NCBI GenBank assembly: GCA_046293175.1 | Contig: JBKBPM010000001.1 | Location: 171,446 to 235,445, forward strand | Direction: 5' to 3' | Source: Minisyncoccia bacterium | GTDB lineage: Bacteria; Patescibacteriota; Minisyncoccia; Phycocordibacterales; UBA918 | Length of the DNA stretch: 64,000 nucleotides | Part shown: piece after piece, positions 1-13,058 of the stretch | Layout: each line of letters starts with the position of its first letter | Numbering within the stretch: the stretch's first letter is position 1 | Translations under genes and position numbers: made by a program | The notes under the pieces: model-generated | The model's input: the letters and a program-made list of their open reading frames with translations, nothing else | Told to the model about the DNA's origin: nothing | Database searches by the model: none

Positions 1-495
1 ATTAATGAGGAACTCGACCAGACCTTCATTTCGCAGCATCTTCGCGATTTGATCAATCGCCCAACCTTTGCCAATGCCACCCAGGTCAAGGAGTCCGACT
101 GATAGTCGCCAGGTATCATGCAGGTAATCGATGTCGATAAGGGGATTACCGATCTCGACCGCTCGCTCCATCGCAATGAGCGAATAAGTACTATCATAGC
201 CGCGCGCAATGAGCGCGTCACCAACAAGGATATTAAAGGCGCCTTTAGTCTTGCGGTACATATCGCGGCCATGGCCGATGAGTGCCTTAAAATCGGCATC
301 AGTAGTGACGACGGTGCGTTCGCGATTGAGGGTGCCAACAAGGGTATCTTCCCTAAAGCGGGAAAAACGGTTCTCGATAGACAACAAGAGCGTCGTGATG
401 GAATTGCAGATCCCATCACGACGCTCTGTGCTTATGTTGTCGAAGACCTCAATCCACCATGTTGTCCCGAGGGCAGTGATGGTGATAGTAGGCAT
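1..495 (-). CDS. apbE: FAD:protein FMN transferase ApbE (3' end beyond window edge)
   Basis: Not in ORF track. Hand translation from ATG at 495 gives MPTITITALGTTWWIEV...FSRFREDTLVGTLNR...TKGAFNILVG...LDLGGIGKGWAID...EFLIN, the ApbE signature motifs. Adjacent to an FMN-binding protein gene. Confidence 0.92.
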   Translation of the reverse strand, partial: MPTITITALGTTWWIEVFDNISTERRDGICNSITTLLLSIENRFSRFREDTLVGTLNRERTVVTTDADFKALIGHGRDMYRKTKGAFNILVGDALIARGYDSTYSLIAMERAVEIGNPLIDIDYLHDTWRLSVGLLDLGGIGKGWAIDQIAKMLRNEGLVEFLIN

Positions 496-501
496 GACTG
501 G

Positions 502-1101
502 TTAGTTGGCAGCGGAAGCTTTAATCTTGGCTACTGCCTCGTTGAAACCGCCAGTAGTAAGTGAGGCGCCACCAACGCGTGAGAGTCTAATCGCATCAAG
601 CTTCTTGCCAATCACCTGTGACTGGTACGCACTCATGAAGCGACTCTGATACTTACTTGATTCACTCACTTTGTCACCACCGTATGTGATTGAAGTGGCT
701 GTTACAATGTCGCCCTTAAGGGTGAGGGTGACCGCCATGGTGTGGTTTGAGTTTTCTGGAGCGCGGTAGGTAATGTTTGCCGTATGTGCGCCATCAGCGT
801 AGATGGTAGCCGGAGCTGCTGGGGTGGTAGGGGTAGTTGGAGTTGAAGGTGTTGCAGGGGTAGCGGCCGGTGTGTCAGCAACAGCTGTTGGGGTCGGGGC
901 ATCACCGGCTTCGGCAGGTACGTTATTACCAGTAGTTGCGTCGTCACCTTCTTCAGTTGGTACCGTGGTGCCGTCAGTAACCTCAGGATTGGCTGGTAAT
1001 GCAGTCTCTTCAATCGGAGTAACAGTTTCTTCGGGACGGAGGAAATACCCACCAAGCCCAATGGCAACCGCTAATCCGATAATAATAAGAACTATTGGCA
1101 T
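502..1101 (-). CDS. Membrane-anchored FMN-binding (flavinylation substrate) protein with Pro/Thr-rich stalk
   Basis: N-terminal TM helix and PT-rich linker. C-terminal YADG...VTLTLKGDIV...SRVGGASLTTGGFNEA resembles the FMN_bind [ST]GA[ST] site. Co-oriented upstream of apbE. Confidence 0.8.
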   Translation of the reverse strand: MPIVLIIIGLAVAIGLGGYFLRPEETVTPIEETALPANPEVTDGTTVPTEEGDDATTGNNVPAEAGDAPTPTAVADTPAATPATPSTPTTPTTPAAPATIYADGAHTANITYRAPENSNHTMAVTLTLKGDIVTATSITYGGDKVSESSKYQSRFMSAYQSQVIGKKLDAIRLSRVGGASLTTGGFNEAVAKIKASAAN

Positions 1102-1195
1102 AGAAATATCTTTTTAAGAGTAACAAAACAAGTATACAGGGAAGTTACTCTTGTGGCTATCGAGCGATGTATACTAAGAGTATATACAGAGTTTT

Positions 1196-2699
1196 ATGCA
1201 AAACGTTACACGCTTACCATTATTGTACTTAGATCGCACGCCGATGTATGGGGTTATTATTCAGGTTTTGGTTGCTACGTATGGTGTTGCTCTGATAGCT
1301 TCTCTTGGTGGCTATATTGGTTTTACACCATTAGAACTTATCCTCAGTGCTGTCACGATCATGATGACGGCGCTGTTCGTGAACGTACTTTGTGCCTCTG
1401 CCACCAAAGTGCCGATACAGCATTATTCTTCGGTTATCACGGCACTCATCCTCATATTTTTGCTTCTCCCATCAACTATGCCGCTAGATCTCTTTGCTTC
1501 TGCGGTTATTACTGCTCTCGCGATTGCGAGTAAATATGTGTTTGCCTACAAAAAGCAGCACCTTGTGAATCCAGTCGCGGCTGGTCTCGTGCTCGGCTCA
1601 CTGTTTGGATTTGGAGGTGGGGCTTGGTGGGTAGCATCAGCAATCTTGTTTGTACCAATTCTTATTGGTGGACTATTGGTGGCAAAAAAGGTGAAGCGAT
1701 TGGATATGGTGGCAGTTTTTTTTGGCGGTAGCTTTTGGCGTCTACATGATCCTGATGTGGAATGAACCACTCCCGATGTCTGAATTATTGGCAACCTTCT
1801 TCTTTTCATACCCCTATGTCTTTTTGGGATTCTTTATGCTCACGGAACCATTTACCATGCCGAGTCAAAAAAATACCCGGTATGTGTATGCTCTCGTTGT
1901 GGCCGTAGTAGCGTTTTTGCCTACTGTAGGCCCAATTAATTTCTCGCCGGAACTAGCACTGGTGATTGGTAACCTCGCACTAGCACCCTTTGCGCAACGA
2001 CAAAAGCTCATTTTGAAGCTTGGTGGCCTGCGGAAAATCACCTCGTCTATTTACGAGTTTTCCTTCCCAAAGCCGGCCGGATTTCAATTTAAGGCCGGTC
2101 AGTACCTCGAGTGGATGGTGCCGCACAAAAAAGCTGATAGTCGAGGTACTCGTCGTTACTTCACTATTGTCTCAGCTCCAGAAGAGGCAGAACTCCGTCT
2201 CGCCTTTAAGCTTCCTGAAAATGCCAGTAGCTACAAAAATGCCATGATAAACCTCAAGGCTGGCGATGTGGTCATTGGTTCGCAGCGCTCGGGCGATTTC
2301 TTATTACCTAAGAACAGCACAGAGAAACTTGGTTTTATTGCTGGTGGTATTGGGGTGACACCGTTTGTGAGCCATGTGTCATCGCTTGAAGCAAAACATG
2401 AACGCCGCGATATTGCCACTCTCTACTGCGTCGCAAATGCTGCCGATTTGGCTTATAGCGAGAAACTCCAGAGTGCCGGTCTCTTCGTGCCTGTGGTAGC
2501 CGGTGGCGAAGTGCCACCAGGAGGGGAATCTGGCTTTTTATCTGCGGATATCATCACGCGCCGGGTGCCAGACTACGCCTCACGCACTTGGTATATCTCC
2601 GGTCCACCAAAGATGGTTGACGCAGCCTATCATACCCTGCGCACTCTTGGTGTACCGGCGCGTCGTATCCACCGCGACTTTTTCCCAGGCCTCGCGTAG
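1196..2699 (+). pseudogene. RnfD/NqrB-like membrane protein fused to FNR-type FAD/NAD(P)H oxidoreductase, split by a frameshift at T8 (1716-1723); pseudogene, phase-variable gene or sequencing error
   Basis: ORF 1196-1765 has SSVITAL, SKY...HLVNP (RnfD/NqrB). ORF 1722-2699 has FFMLTEPFT, then RYFTIVS, IAGGIGVTPF, YISGPPKMV (FNR). Removing one T joins them as ...VAVFLAVAFGVY... Confidence 0.8.
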
Positions 2700-2732
2700 G
2701 GTCAACCGGGCTCGTCCCGTATACTTATCTAT

Positions 2733-4034
2733 ATGTACTTCTCACATAAAACGAGTAAGGCCATACCGAGTAGCGCGGTTGAGGTTCTCAGTGTCGAGCT
2801 AACACCATATCTCGCCTCACTCCGCCGGACAGTTGAACAAGGTGGCTATGCTACCCCTGAGGCACCACTCTCAGTCCCGACTGACGAATACATGCAGACA
2901 GCAGTTGAGGCGATACTCGACAAGGTCTATACGAAGTCTCTGCGTTTTGTCTTTGTCATTGGTATTGGTGGCTCTAATCTCGGCACGAAGGCAGTGTATG
3001 ATGCGATGGCGAGTGCTCGCGACCTTGCCCCGCACCACCAGCCGCGACTCATTTTTATTGATACAACTGATAGTGCACTTCTCGGAACCGCGCAGGCACT
3101 CATTAAAAAAGCGGAACACGCAAACGAAGTCCTTTTTATAATCATCAGTAAATCAGGTACTACCACTGAGACAATCGCGAACGCTGAGATACTCCTCGCT
3201 TCTTTTGCGGACCGCTTTGGTCGCAACGCCAGACGGGTGGTCGTCATGAGCGAGACGGGCTCGTCGCTTCTCGCCGCTGCGCGTGAGCAGCAGATGCACA
3301 CGCTTGATTTGCCACCGACGGTTGGTGGACGGTATTCAGTCTTTACGCCGGTGGGACTTCTACCGCTCGCCCTCATGGGCTTTGATGTTCGACAGATGCG
3401 GACGGTCGCACATACGAGAATTGAAAAATCACTCCATCCCGATGTGGTCTTAAATGATGCAGCCCTCTCAGCCCTGACCCAGTACTACTTTTATCGCGAC
3501 AATATTCGTCAGCACGACACCTTCGTCTTTACCCCGGCTCTTGAATCGGTTGGTAAGTGGTATCGACAACTCCTGGGAGAAAGTATTGGGAAGTCGGTCG
3601 TAGGGGATGATTCAAAGCGGATTGGTATCACGCCAACCGTGACCGTGGGTTCTACCGACCTCCACTCAGTGGGACAGCTCTATCTTGGCGGACCACGCGA
3701 TCGCCTCACCACTTTTGTGAGTGTGATGAGTCGTCCTGATGTTGCGATGCCAAGTGAGAGGGCTTGGCCTGATATTGTGCCGATGGTCAGTGGTAAAAGT
3801 GTAAATACCATCCTTAATGCGATAGAAGCGGGTACCAAAGCAGCGTATGATACGAATAACCTTCCGTACCTAGAGCTGAAGCTTGATACACTGACACCTG
3901 AAGCAATTTCGGACTTTATGCAATTTAAGATGTGCGAAATGATGATGCTCGGGCACTTACTCAAAGTAAATCCGTTTGATCAGCCGCATGTGGAGCAGTA
4001 TAAGACTGTCACCAAACAAATTTTGGGAGGTTAA
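2733..4034 (+). CDS. pgi: Glucose-6-phosphate isomerase
   Basis: GIGGSNLG, SKSGTTTET, VGGRYSV, QLLGESIGK, NPFDQPHVEQYK motifs. Confidence 0.93.
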   Translation: MYFSHKTSKAIPSSAVEVLSVELTPYLASLRRTVEQGGYATPEAPLSVPTDEYMQTAVEAILDKVYTKSLRFVFVIGIGGSNLGTKAVYDAMASARDLAPHHQPRLIFIDTTDSALLGTAQALIKKAEHANEVLFIIISKSGTTTETIANAEILLASFADRFGRNARRVVVMSETGSSLLAAAREQQMHTLDLPPTVGGRYSVFTPVGLLPLALMGFDVRQMRTVAHTRIEKSLHPDVVLNDAALSALTQYYFYRDNIRQHDTFVFTPALESVGKWYRQLLGESIGKSVVGDDSKRIGITPTVTVGSTDLHSVGQLYLGGPRDRLTTFVSVMSRPDVAMPSERAWPDIVPMVSGKSVNTILNAIEAGTKAAYDTNNLPYLELKLDTLTPEAISDFMQFKMCEMMMLGHLLKVNPFDQPHVEQYKTVTKQILGG

Positions 4035-4152
4035 GAGTCCATGATAAGTTATCTTCTTTGTTGTCTGCGTCAGAATAATACTCAACGTACAACAAGTACG
4101 CCTCATCTTATTCCTCCTTGACACCTCGAATATGGGGCTTCTGATGAACTCT
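4034..4152. repeat. Dispersed ~120-bp structured palindromic element, copy A
   Basis: Outer arms agagtccatgataag/cttctgatgaactct. Core ctttgttg...tcaacgtac-aacaa-gtacgcctca...cacctcg is shared with the other copies. Confidence 0.8.
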
Positions 4153-4189
4153 AAAATGATAATAGATAGTTAGTGGTAAACTTATACAT

Positions 4190-4414
4190 ATGCACGAAAC
4201 AAAACGTCGGAGTTTACTGAAAGGGCTTACCTGGCGCATCACGGCCTCGATCACGACGATGCTCATTGTGCTCATAATGACCGGAAACCTTACTCTAGTC
4301 GCTGGCGTCGGACTGGCTGATGTGACCCTTAAGGTCTTGTTTTACTACGTCCATGAGCGGCTATGGGGAAGGGTCCATTGGGGAATTCTTGGCCTGGAAC
4401 CTCATATTAAATAG
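4190..4414 (+). CDS. DUF2061-like small membrane protein
   Basis: ETKRRSLLKGLTWR...YYVHERLWGRVHWG pattern. Confidence 0.8.
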   Translation: MHETKRRSLLKGLTWRITASITTMLIVLIMTGNLTLVAGVGLADVTLKVLFYYVHERLWGRVHWGILGLEPHIK

Positions 4415-4502
4415 CATTATTACCACACCTCAGCGTTGCAAAACCTCGATTTTCTGGTATCATGCGGGCGCATAAGGTATCTCCTCGTGCGCTTTACTGT
4501 TC

Positions 4503-5291
4503 ATGTCACTAATCGCAACCGCTTACGCTGCTGAATCTGCCCATGGGGGTATTCACGTTGCTCTCGCACCTTACGTGGTGGGACATGTCTTTGGCGTACC
4601 AATTACCTCAACTTTGATTACCGCTTGGGTTGGGATGCTGATTTTGACCGTTATTGCCGTCCTCGTCCGGCACCGCCTCGCCCTGGTACCTGGCAAGCTC
4701 CAGAGTGTCATAGAAATGATGATTGGTGGCGTTTACGACTACATGGCTGACGTACTTGAGAGTCGCGCTCTGGCTCAGAAGTATTTCGGGGTTGTGATGA
4801 CGATTTTCATTTTTATCCTTACTCTCAACTGGTTTGGGCTTTTTCCGGGTGTTACTTCAATTGGACAGTATGTTGAATACAACGGTAGTGAAAAATTTAT
4901 TCCGTACCTCTATCCAGCCGCGACAGATCTCAATATCACCCTCGCATTTGCGCTGATTGCGTTCTTTACTATCCAATTTTCCGGTATCGCTGCTATTGGT
5001 GCGTTTAAGTACGCGGGGAAGTTTATTAACTTCTCTTCGCCTTTGGCGTTTGCTGTGGGTATCATTGAGCTTATCTCCGAAATCGCCCGCCTCATTTCGT
5101 TCTCATTCCGACTCTTTGGAAATATCTTTGCGGGGAAGACGCTCCTCGTCGTGATCATGTTCTTTGTGCCCTACGTGGTTCCTGTGCCAATTATGGCGTT
5201 TGAAGTCTTCGTCGGATTCATCCAAGCTTTTGTGTTTGCGATTTTGACGTTGTTCTTTATCAAGATTGCGACCGAAGAACCAGCACACTAG
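4503..5291 (+). CDS. atpB: F0F1 ATP synthase subunit a
   Basis: ISFSFRLFGNIFAG, FIQAFVFAILT motifs; first gene of the atp operon. Confidence 0.97.
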   Translation: MSLIATAYAAESAHGGIHVALAPYVVGHVFGVPITSTLITAWVGMLILTVIAVLVRHRLALVPGKLQSVIEMMIGGVYDYMADVLESRALAQKYFGVVMTIFIFILTLNWFGLFPGVTSIGQYVEYNGSEKFIPYLYPAATDLNITLAFALIAFFTIQFSGIAAIGAFKYAGKFINFSSPLAFAVGIIELISEIARLISFSFRLFGNIFAGKTLLVVIMFFVPYVVPVPIMAFEVFVGFIQAFVFAILTLFFIKIATEEPAH

Positions 5292-5301
5292 TGGCTGATA
5301 A

Positions 5302-5756
<455 letters not shown>

Positions 5757-5883
5757 AACAATCGATGATATCGCAGCATTGACTTTGTCGCTGTGTAAAA
5801 AAATATTTTTCAATGTACATCAAAGTACACCTCAAAATATTTTTTACTGGCTCCTTGTCACTGCCGCAATCTCATCAATTGTT
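5757..5883. repeat. Structured palindromic element, copy C (tandem with B)
   Basis: Arms aacaatcgatgatatcgcagcattgac / gtcactgccgcaatctcatcaattgtt; core ctttgtcg...tcaatgtac...gtacacctca...ctccttg. Confidence 0.82.
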
Positions 5884-5932
5884 GATTGATATAGATTAGC
5901 AGTAGAAAAAATTATCAGCTCACACTCCTCAC

Positions 5933-6382
5933 ATGGAAGAAATCATCAAAGCCTTTGGTATCGACGGACGACTCATTGTCATCCAGATTGTCAACTTCGC
6001 TATCCTCATGAGTATCTTGGGGTATTTCCTCTACACGCCAATCCTCAATCTTTTGAAGGAACGTGAAGAGAAAATTGCCAAAGGTATCAAAGATGCCGAA
6101 GCCGCGGCTAAAGCCAAAGCTGAAGCAGATCTTGAGAAGCAGGCGGTCCTCACCGCGGCTCACGACGAAGCGCGGGACATCAACGCGCGTGCCAAAGTAG
6201 CAGCTGACGAAAAGGCTCTCGGTATTGTTGGTGACGCCGAAGAAAAGGCGAATGCCATTGTGAAGAGTGCTGAACTGCGCGCCGCTGAAGCTGCTGATCA
6301 AATCAAAAAAGATGCCGAAGGCGAAATTGCGAAGATTGCTGTCCTTGCAGTTGAAAAGTTACTTCGTGAACAAGCTTCATAA
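5933..6382 (+). CDS. atpF: F0F1 ATP synthase subunit b
   Basis: QIVNFAIL TM helix followed by coiled coil; operon position. Confidence 0.95.
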   Translation: MEEIIKAFGIDGRLIVIQIVNFAILMSILGYFLYTPILNLLKEREEKIAKGIKDAEAAAKAKAEADLEKQAVLTAAHDEARDINARAKVAADEKALGIVGDAEEKANAIVKSAELRAAEAADQIKKDAEGEIAKIAVLAVEKLLREQAS

Positions 6383-6388
6383 AACACC

Positions 6389-6766
6389 ATGATTAAAGAC
6401 TACGTCCTTGCCCTCAAAGCCGCGCTTGCTTCCGGTCAAAAGCCAGAGACGGTTTTTGCTAACCTAAGTCGGGTACTCGCACGTCGTGGACATAGTCAGC
6501 TCTTGGGTCGTATCTTGCGTATCCTCGAGCGTGAGCTTGGTCGTGGCGCTACTCATCTTGAACCAACTCTCGTGGTCGCACGTGAGAAAGATACTAAGTC
6601 GCCACTGGTGGCTAAGCTCATGAAAGCGCTTGGTGTCGAAGGAACTCCTCGTGTCATTGTCGACGACAGTGTCATTGGTGGAGCGAAGCTAAGTCACAAC
6701 CACACCGAAATCGATGCGACGTACAAAACTGCCCTTATTAACCTTTATCAAGCTATCACCAAATAA
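6389..6766 (+). CDS. atpH: F0F1 ATP synthase subunit delta (short CPR form)
   Basis: VDDSVIGG...EIDATYK C-terminal OSCP motif; lies between atpF and atpA. Confidence 0.88.
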   Translation: MIKDYVLALKAALASGQKPETVFANLSRVLARRGHSQLLGRILRILERELGRGATHLEPTLVVAREKDTKSPLVAKLMKALGVEGTPRVIVDDSVIGGAKLSHNHTEIDATYKTALINLYQAITK

Positions 6767-6777
6767 TCCTTATTCGT

Positions 6778-8343
6778 ATGAGTACACCTATCATTGAACG
6801 TATCAAAAAAGAAATCGCTGGTCTCGAAATCAAAGCTCTGCCAACTTCGGTTGGTACGGTGGTTGGTGTCGGTGACGGTATTGCCGAAATCGACGGGCTC
6901 GTCTCGGCGCAGATGATGGAAATGGTAGTGTTTGCGACCGCTGAAGGTGCGACCCTCGAAGCGGCGCTTGCGAGTGAGACGGCGCTCTATGGTCTCGTCC
7001 TCAACCTCGAAGAGGATAGTGTTAAGGTGGTGATCTTGGGTGATAGTGGGCTTGTCCGTGAAGGTATGACGGTGTACCGAACCGAGAAGCTTCTCTCGGT
7101 TCCAGTGGGTGAGGGGATTGTGGGTCGAGTGGTAGATGCACTGGGGGCACCAATTGATGGAAAGGGAGCCTTCAAAACAGATCGTGATATGCCGATCGAA
7201 CGCGTCGCGTACGGGGTAATGGATCGTTCGAGTGTGAACGAACCGATCCATACTGGTATCAAGGCGATTGACTCAATGATCCCCATTGGACGTGGACAAC
7301 GCGAACTCATCATTGGTGACCGTGGGACAGGGAAGACCACCATCGCTATCGACACTATCATCAACCAGAAGTACGAACCAAAAGAAAAGCGTCCAATCTG
7401 TATCTACGTAGCCATTGGTCAGAAACGCTCAAAGACAGCGACCATCATGGCCGAGCTCGAAAAGGCTGGTGCGATGGAGTATACCACCATTGTAGCGACT
7501 TCAGCCTCTGAAGCTTCACCAATGCTCTTCCTTGCACCATTTACTGGTGCCGCAATTGGTGAGTACTTTATGGAACAGGGACGGGATGTGCTCGTGGTAT
7601 TTGATGATCTCTCAAAGCATGCGGTAGCGTACCGTCAGATGTCACTGCTTCTTCGTCGTCCACCAGGACGTGAAGCGTATCCAGGAGATATTTTCTACCT
7701 TCACTCACGACTTCTCGAGCGTTCAGCAAAGCTCTCAAAGGAACTTGGTGGCGGATCTATCACTGCGCTCCCAATTATCGAAACCCAGGAAGGAGACGTG
7801 TCAGCCTATATTCCAACCAATGTGATTTCCATCACCGACGGACAGATCTTCCTCGAAGGTGATCTCTTCAACAAGGGTATCCGTCCCGCGTTGAACGTCG
7901 GTATCTCGGTATCACGAGTAGGTTCGTCAGCTCAGACTAAGGCCATGAAGGCAGTGGCTGGCAAGATTCGTCTTGAACTTGCGCAATTCCGTGAACTTGA
8001 AGCCTTTATGCAGTTTGCGAGTGACCTTGATGAGGACACTAAGCAGCGTATCGACAGTGGACGCAAGTACGTCGAGCTCTTGAAGCAGACCCAAAGTAAC
8101 CCAATGCCGTTCTACAAGCAGGTGGTCTCTATTTACGGAGCGAACACTGGCCTCCTTGATGGTGCAGCCGCGACCTCGGTACAGGCCATCGAGCGTGAGT
8201 TCCATGACTTCATCGAACGTGACCGTAAGGATATCCTGATTGAAATCGAATCAACTCGAGCACTTTCAGATGATCTAAAAGCAAAAATCGATACGGCCAT
8301 TGTGGATTTCAAGGAAGCCAATGCATCACTCTACACAGCCTAA
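6778..8343 (+). CDS. atpA: F0F1 ATP synthase subunit alpha
   Basis: [29 protein letters not shown]. Confidence 0.98.
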   Translation: MSTPIIERIKKEIAGLEIKALPTSVGTVVGVGDGIAEIDGLVSAQMMEMVVFATAEGATLEAALASETALYGLVLNLEEDSVKVVILGDSGLVREGMTVYRTEKLLSVPVGEGIVGRVVDALGAPIDGKGAFKTDRDMPIERVAYGVMDRSSVNEPIHTGIKAIDSMIPIGRGQRELIIGDRGTGKTTIAIDTIINQKYEPKEKRPICIYVAIGQKRSKTATIMAELEKAGAMEYTTIVATSASEASPMLFLAPFTGAAIGEYFMEQGRDVLVVFDDLSKHAVAYRQMSLLLRRPPGREAYPGDIFYLHSRLLERSAKLSKELGGGSITALPIIETQEGDVSAYIPTNVISITDGQIFLEGDLFNKGIRPALNVGISVSRVGSSAQTKAMKAVAGKIRLELAQFRELEAFMQFASDLDEDTKQRIDSGRKYVELLKQTQSNPMPFYKQVVSIYGANTGLLDGAAATSVQAIEREFHDFIERDRKDILIEIESTRALSDDLKAKIDTAIVDFKEANASLYTA

Positions 8344-8363
8344 AGAAGTAACTATTTTCTACC

Positions 8364-10726
<2,363 letters not shown>

Positions 10727-10840
10727 GCCACAGAGGTGTAAGCCGACAATGGCGAATTTTCGCGAGTGAGGCCTATTACTAATAGCCTCATCCGCGCACT
10801 ACCACTTTGTTTATTTAATCACCTTCCACAATATAATTTT

Positions 10841-11089
10841 ATGGCAACCAAATTTCTAAAACTCACAATCGCACGAGTCGACGGCCCAGTCTTTGACGGG
10901 GAGGTGGTTTCAGTGACGCTGCCAGGGACCGAAGGGGAGATGACCATCATGGCGGATCACGAACCACTTGTGTCGGCCCTCAAGGCTGGCACCCTCACAG
11001 TTCGTCCTGCTCATGGCGATGCAGCCTCGTACAATCTCACGAACGGTACGGTAGAAGTCCGCGACAATCACGCCACCGTCCTCATCTAA
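10841..11089 (+). CDS. atpC: F0F1 ATP synthase subunit epsilon, N-terminal beta domain only
   Basis: VTLPGTEGEMTIMADHEPLVSALKAG; 82 aa from ATG 10841, no C-terminal helices. Confidence 0.92.
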   Translation: MATKFLKLTIARVDGPVFDGEVVSVTLPGTEGEMTIMADHEPLVSALKAGTLTVRPAHGDAASYNLTNGTVEVRDNHATVLI

Positions 11090-11100
11090 AACAAATCTAA

Positions 11101-11140
11101 AACAAAAACCTTTCTGCCAGTAGAAGGGTTTTTGTTTTTT
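11101..11140 (+). terminator. Rho-independent terminator of the atp operon
   Basis: aacaaaaacctttct...agaagggtttttgtt followed by T-run. Confidence 0.75.
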
Positions 11141-11202
11141 TAATACTCCATTTAAATGGAGTATGTAACTTATATTACTTTATATTGGTTATTACTAAGA
11201 AT

Positions 11203-11364
11203 ATGAAATCATGGATTATTGCGGGTGGTGCACTGTGTGCGCTTTTTATTACTGGCGTGCTGGTGGCAGTATTTGTAACACCGGTTGAGTATCATTATGC
11301 TGGAGCGAAAGCACACATAGACGGGGCAACACCGTCACAAATTGAACATTGGGAAATGTACTAA
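11203..11364 (+). CDS. Small single-TM protein (53 aa; below ORF-track cutoff)
   Basis: Hand translation MKSWIIAGGALCALFITGVLVAVFVTPVEYHYAGAKAHIDGATPSQIEHWEMY*; preceded by a 22-bp palindrome (11143-11164). Confidence 0.5.
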   Translation: MKSWIIAGGALCALFITGVLVAVFVTPVEYHYAGAKAHIDGATPSQIEHWEMY

Positions 11365-11465
11365 TATGCACGAGGTCTTGCCTCGAACTTCCAAACGAGC
11401 AAGATTTATCCATAGAAAGTGTGCCATAAAAGTACGAGGCAAGACCCCGTACTTTTGTTAGTGGG

Positions 11466-12329
11466 CTATTTCTGACACCCCGGGCAGTAGTGGGTACCAC
11501 GCCCGGCACAGCGAATCTTTTTGATGGTAGTACCGCAGCGAGGGCAGGGAGTACCTTGTTTGCCAAAGACTTGGAGATAGTCGGTGTAGTTGCCGTTGTC
11601 TCCGCCGGTATCGACGAAGTGTTGGAAGGTCGTACCGCCGACCTTAATTGAATTGTTCATGATATCACCAGCGGCTTTGGCGAGGAGTATGGCCTCGGCT
11701 TTGGTGACTTTGTCCGCTCGCCTCGTCGGACGGATTTTAGCAGTGAAGAGTGCCTCGTCGACGTAGATGTTACCAAGTCCGGCAACAAACGATTGATCAA
11801 GCAGCGCCGCTTTGATGGGAGTCTTCCGGCGCTTGAGTCCTTTATAGAAGTACTCAGTATCAAAATCGCCACGAATAGGCTCGGGCCCAAATTTACTGCG
11901 CGCCATATTAACTTCGGTAGCATCGGCTACCTTCACATAGCCAAACAATCGCATGTCATTAAAAAATAATTGCATGCCGTTGTCGAGCGTGAAGCTGATA
12001 CGAGTGTGACGATTGGGGAGATGGGTATCAGTGGGCGAGAGCGAGTGTCCACCACCACCCACAGTGCCAGATGGATCAAGGAAGAGAAACTGCCCGGTCA
12101 TTTTGAGGTGGGCAAGGAGGAAAAAATCGGGAGTGTCAGCAAAGCTAAAGATCATCAGTTTTCCAACCCGGTCGATATGATCGATGACTTTGCCAGTTAC
12201 GAGTGCTCTGAACTCGGTATTATGATTAACCGATTTTGGGTGATAGACAGTCACCGCAGCCACTGTCCGTCCCTTAAGGCGGTGGAGGAGTTGAAGACGG
12301 ACTGTTTCGACCTCTGGTAGTTCGGGCAT
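11466..12329 (-). CDS. mutM: Formamidopyrimidine-DNA glycosylase
   Basis: MPELPEVE, HLKMTG, GLGNIYVDE, C-terminal CPRC...CPGCQ zinc finger. Confidence 0.97.
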   Translation of the reverse strand: MPELPEVETVRLQLLHRLKGRTVAAVTVYHPKSVNHNTEFRALVTGKVIDHIDRVGKLMIFSFADTPDFFLLAHLKMTGQFLFLDPSGTVGGGGHSLSPTDTHLPNRHTRISFTLDNGMQLFFNDMRLFGYVKVADATEVNMARSKFGPEPIRGDFDTEYFYKGLKRRKTPIKAALLDQSFVAGLGNIYVDEALFTAKIRPTRRADKVTKAEAILLAKAAGDIMNNSIKVGGTTFQHFVDTGGDNGNYTDYLQVFGKQGTPCPRCGTTIKKIRCAGRGTHYCPGCQK

Positions 12330-12354
12330 AAAGGTAGGGTAGCAGAATTACGCC

Positions 12355-12397
12355 AAAAGAAAAGGACGGCGCATATTGGCGCCGTCCTTTTCTTTTT
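12355..12397. terminator. Bidirectional-type intrinsic terminator
   Basis: aaaagaaaaggacggcgc-atattg-gcgccgtccttttctttt. Confidence 0.75.
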
Positions 12398-12409
12398 AAC
12401 CTCTAAAGA

Positions 12410-12976
12410 TTAGAGGTTGATACTGTCACTGCCTGACTTCTCGAGACCTTCTTCCTTTGGAGTGGTCATTTTACAAGAATCCTTGGCAGTCTTCTTGAAA
12501 GCGTCCCAGGCTCCTTTACGGTCGGTTCGTAGTTTGGTGTGGGCAGCTTGTTTGTCCTTCTTCCAATCAGTCCACGCCTTCTTCACGGCTTCGCGGTTAC
12601 CATCAGCACTAGCACCCCAGGCTGAAGCCAAGGCTGCAGCACGCTTATCAAGAGCGGTGGTGATACTACTAGTGAAGGTGGTCCAGGCGGTCTTAATAGC
12701 CGATTCACGGGTTGCTACTGCGGCTGCCATACAAGTACGATCAATGGTAGTGGAAGCACGTCGATCATCACGACGGGGTGAAGTCTTTGATGTTGTACTA
12801 GAAGCATTAGATCCTCGTCGTTCACTCTTGAGTTGTTCAAATTGGCTCATGAGCGTTTGGTACTGGGTCTCTAGGTCAGCAACAGTTGGTGTCGCTGCAA
12901 AAGACATTGCTGGCACCAAGAGGGCGAGCATGAGTGTGCCAATAACAACAGTTTTTAATGAAATAGTAGTTGTCAT
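12410..12976 (-). CDS. Secreted helical hypothetical protein
   Basis: Signal peptide (..PAMSFA), coiled-coil segment, paired Cys around a helical bundle. Confidence 0.75.
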   Translation of the reverse strand: MTTTISLKTVVIGTLMLALLVPAMSFAATPTVADLETQYQTLMSQFEQLKSERRGSNASSTTSKTSPRRDDRRASTTIDRTCMAAAVATRESAIKTAWTTFTSSITTALDKRAAALASAWGASADGNREAVKKAWTDWKKDKQAAHTKLRTDRKGAWDAFKKTAKDSCKMTTPKEEGLEKSGSDSINL

Positions 12977-13058
12977 ATATATAATTATTTATTCAATAAC
13001 GATAACCTCTATAGTATAGCAAAACACCCTCGCTCATGGAAGGTGTTTTGGGTATTGG

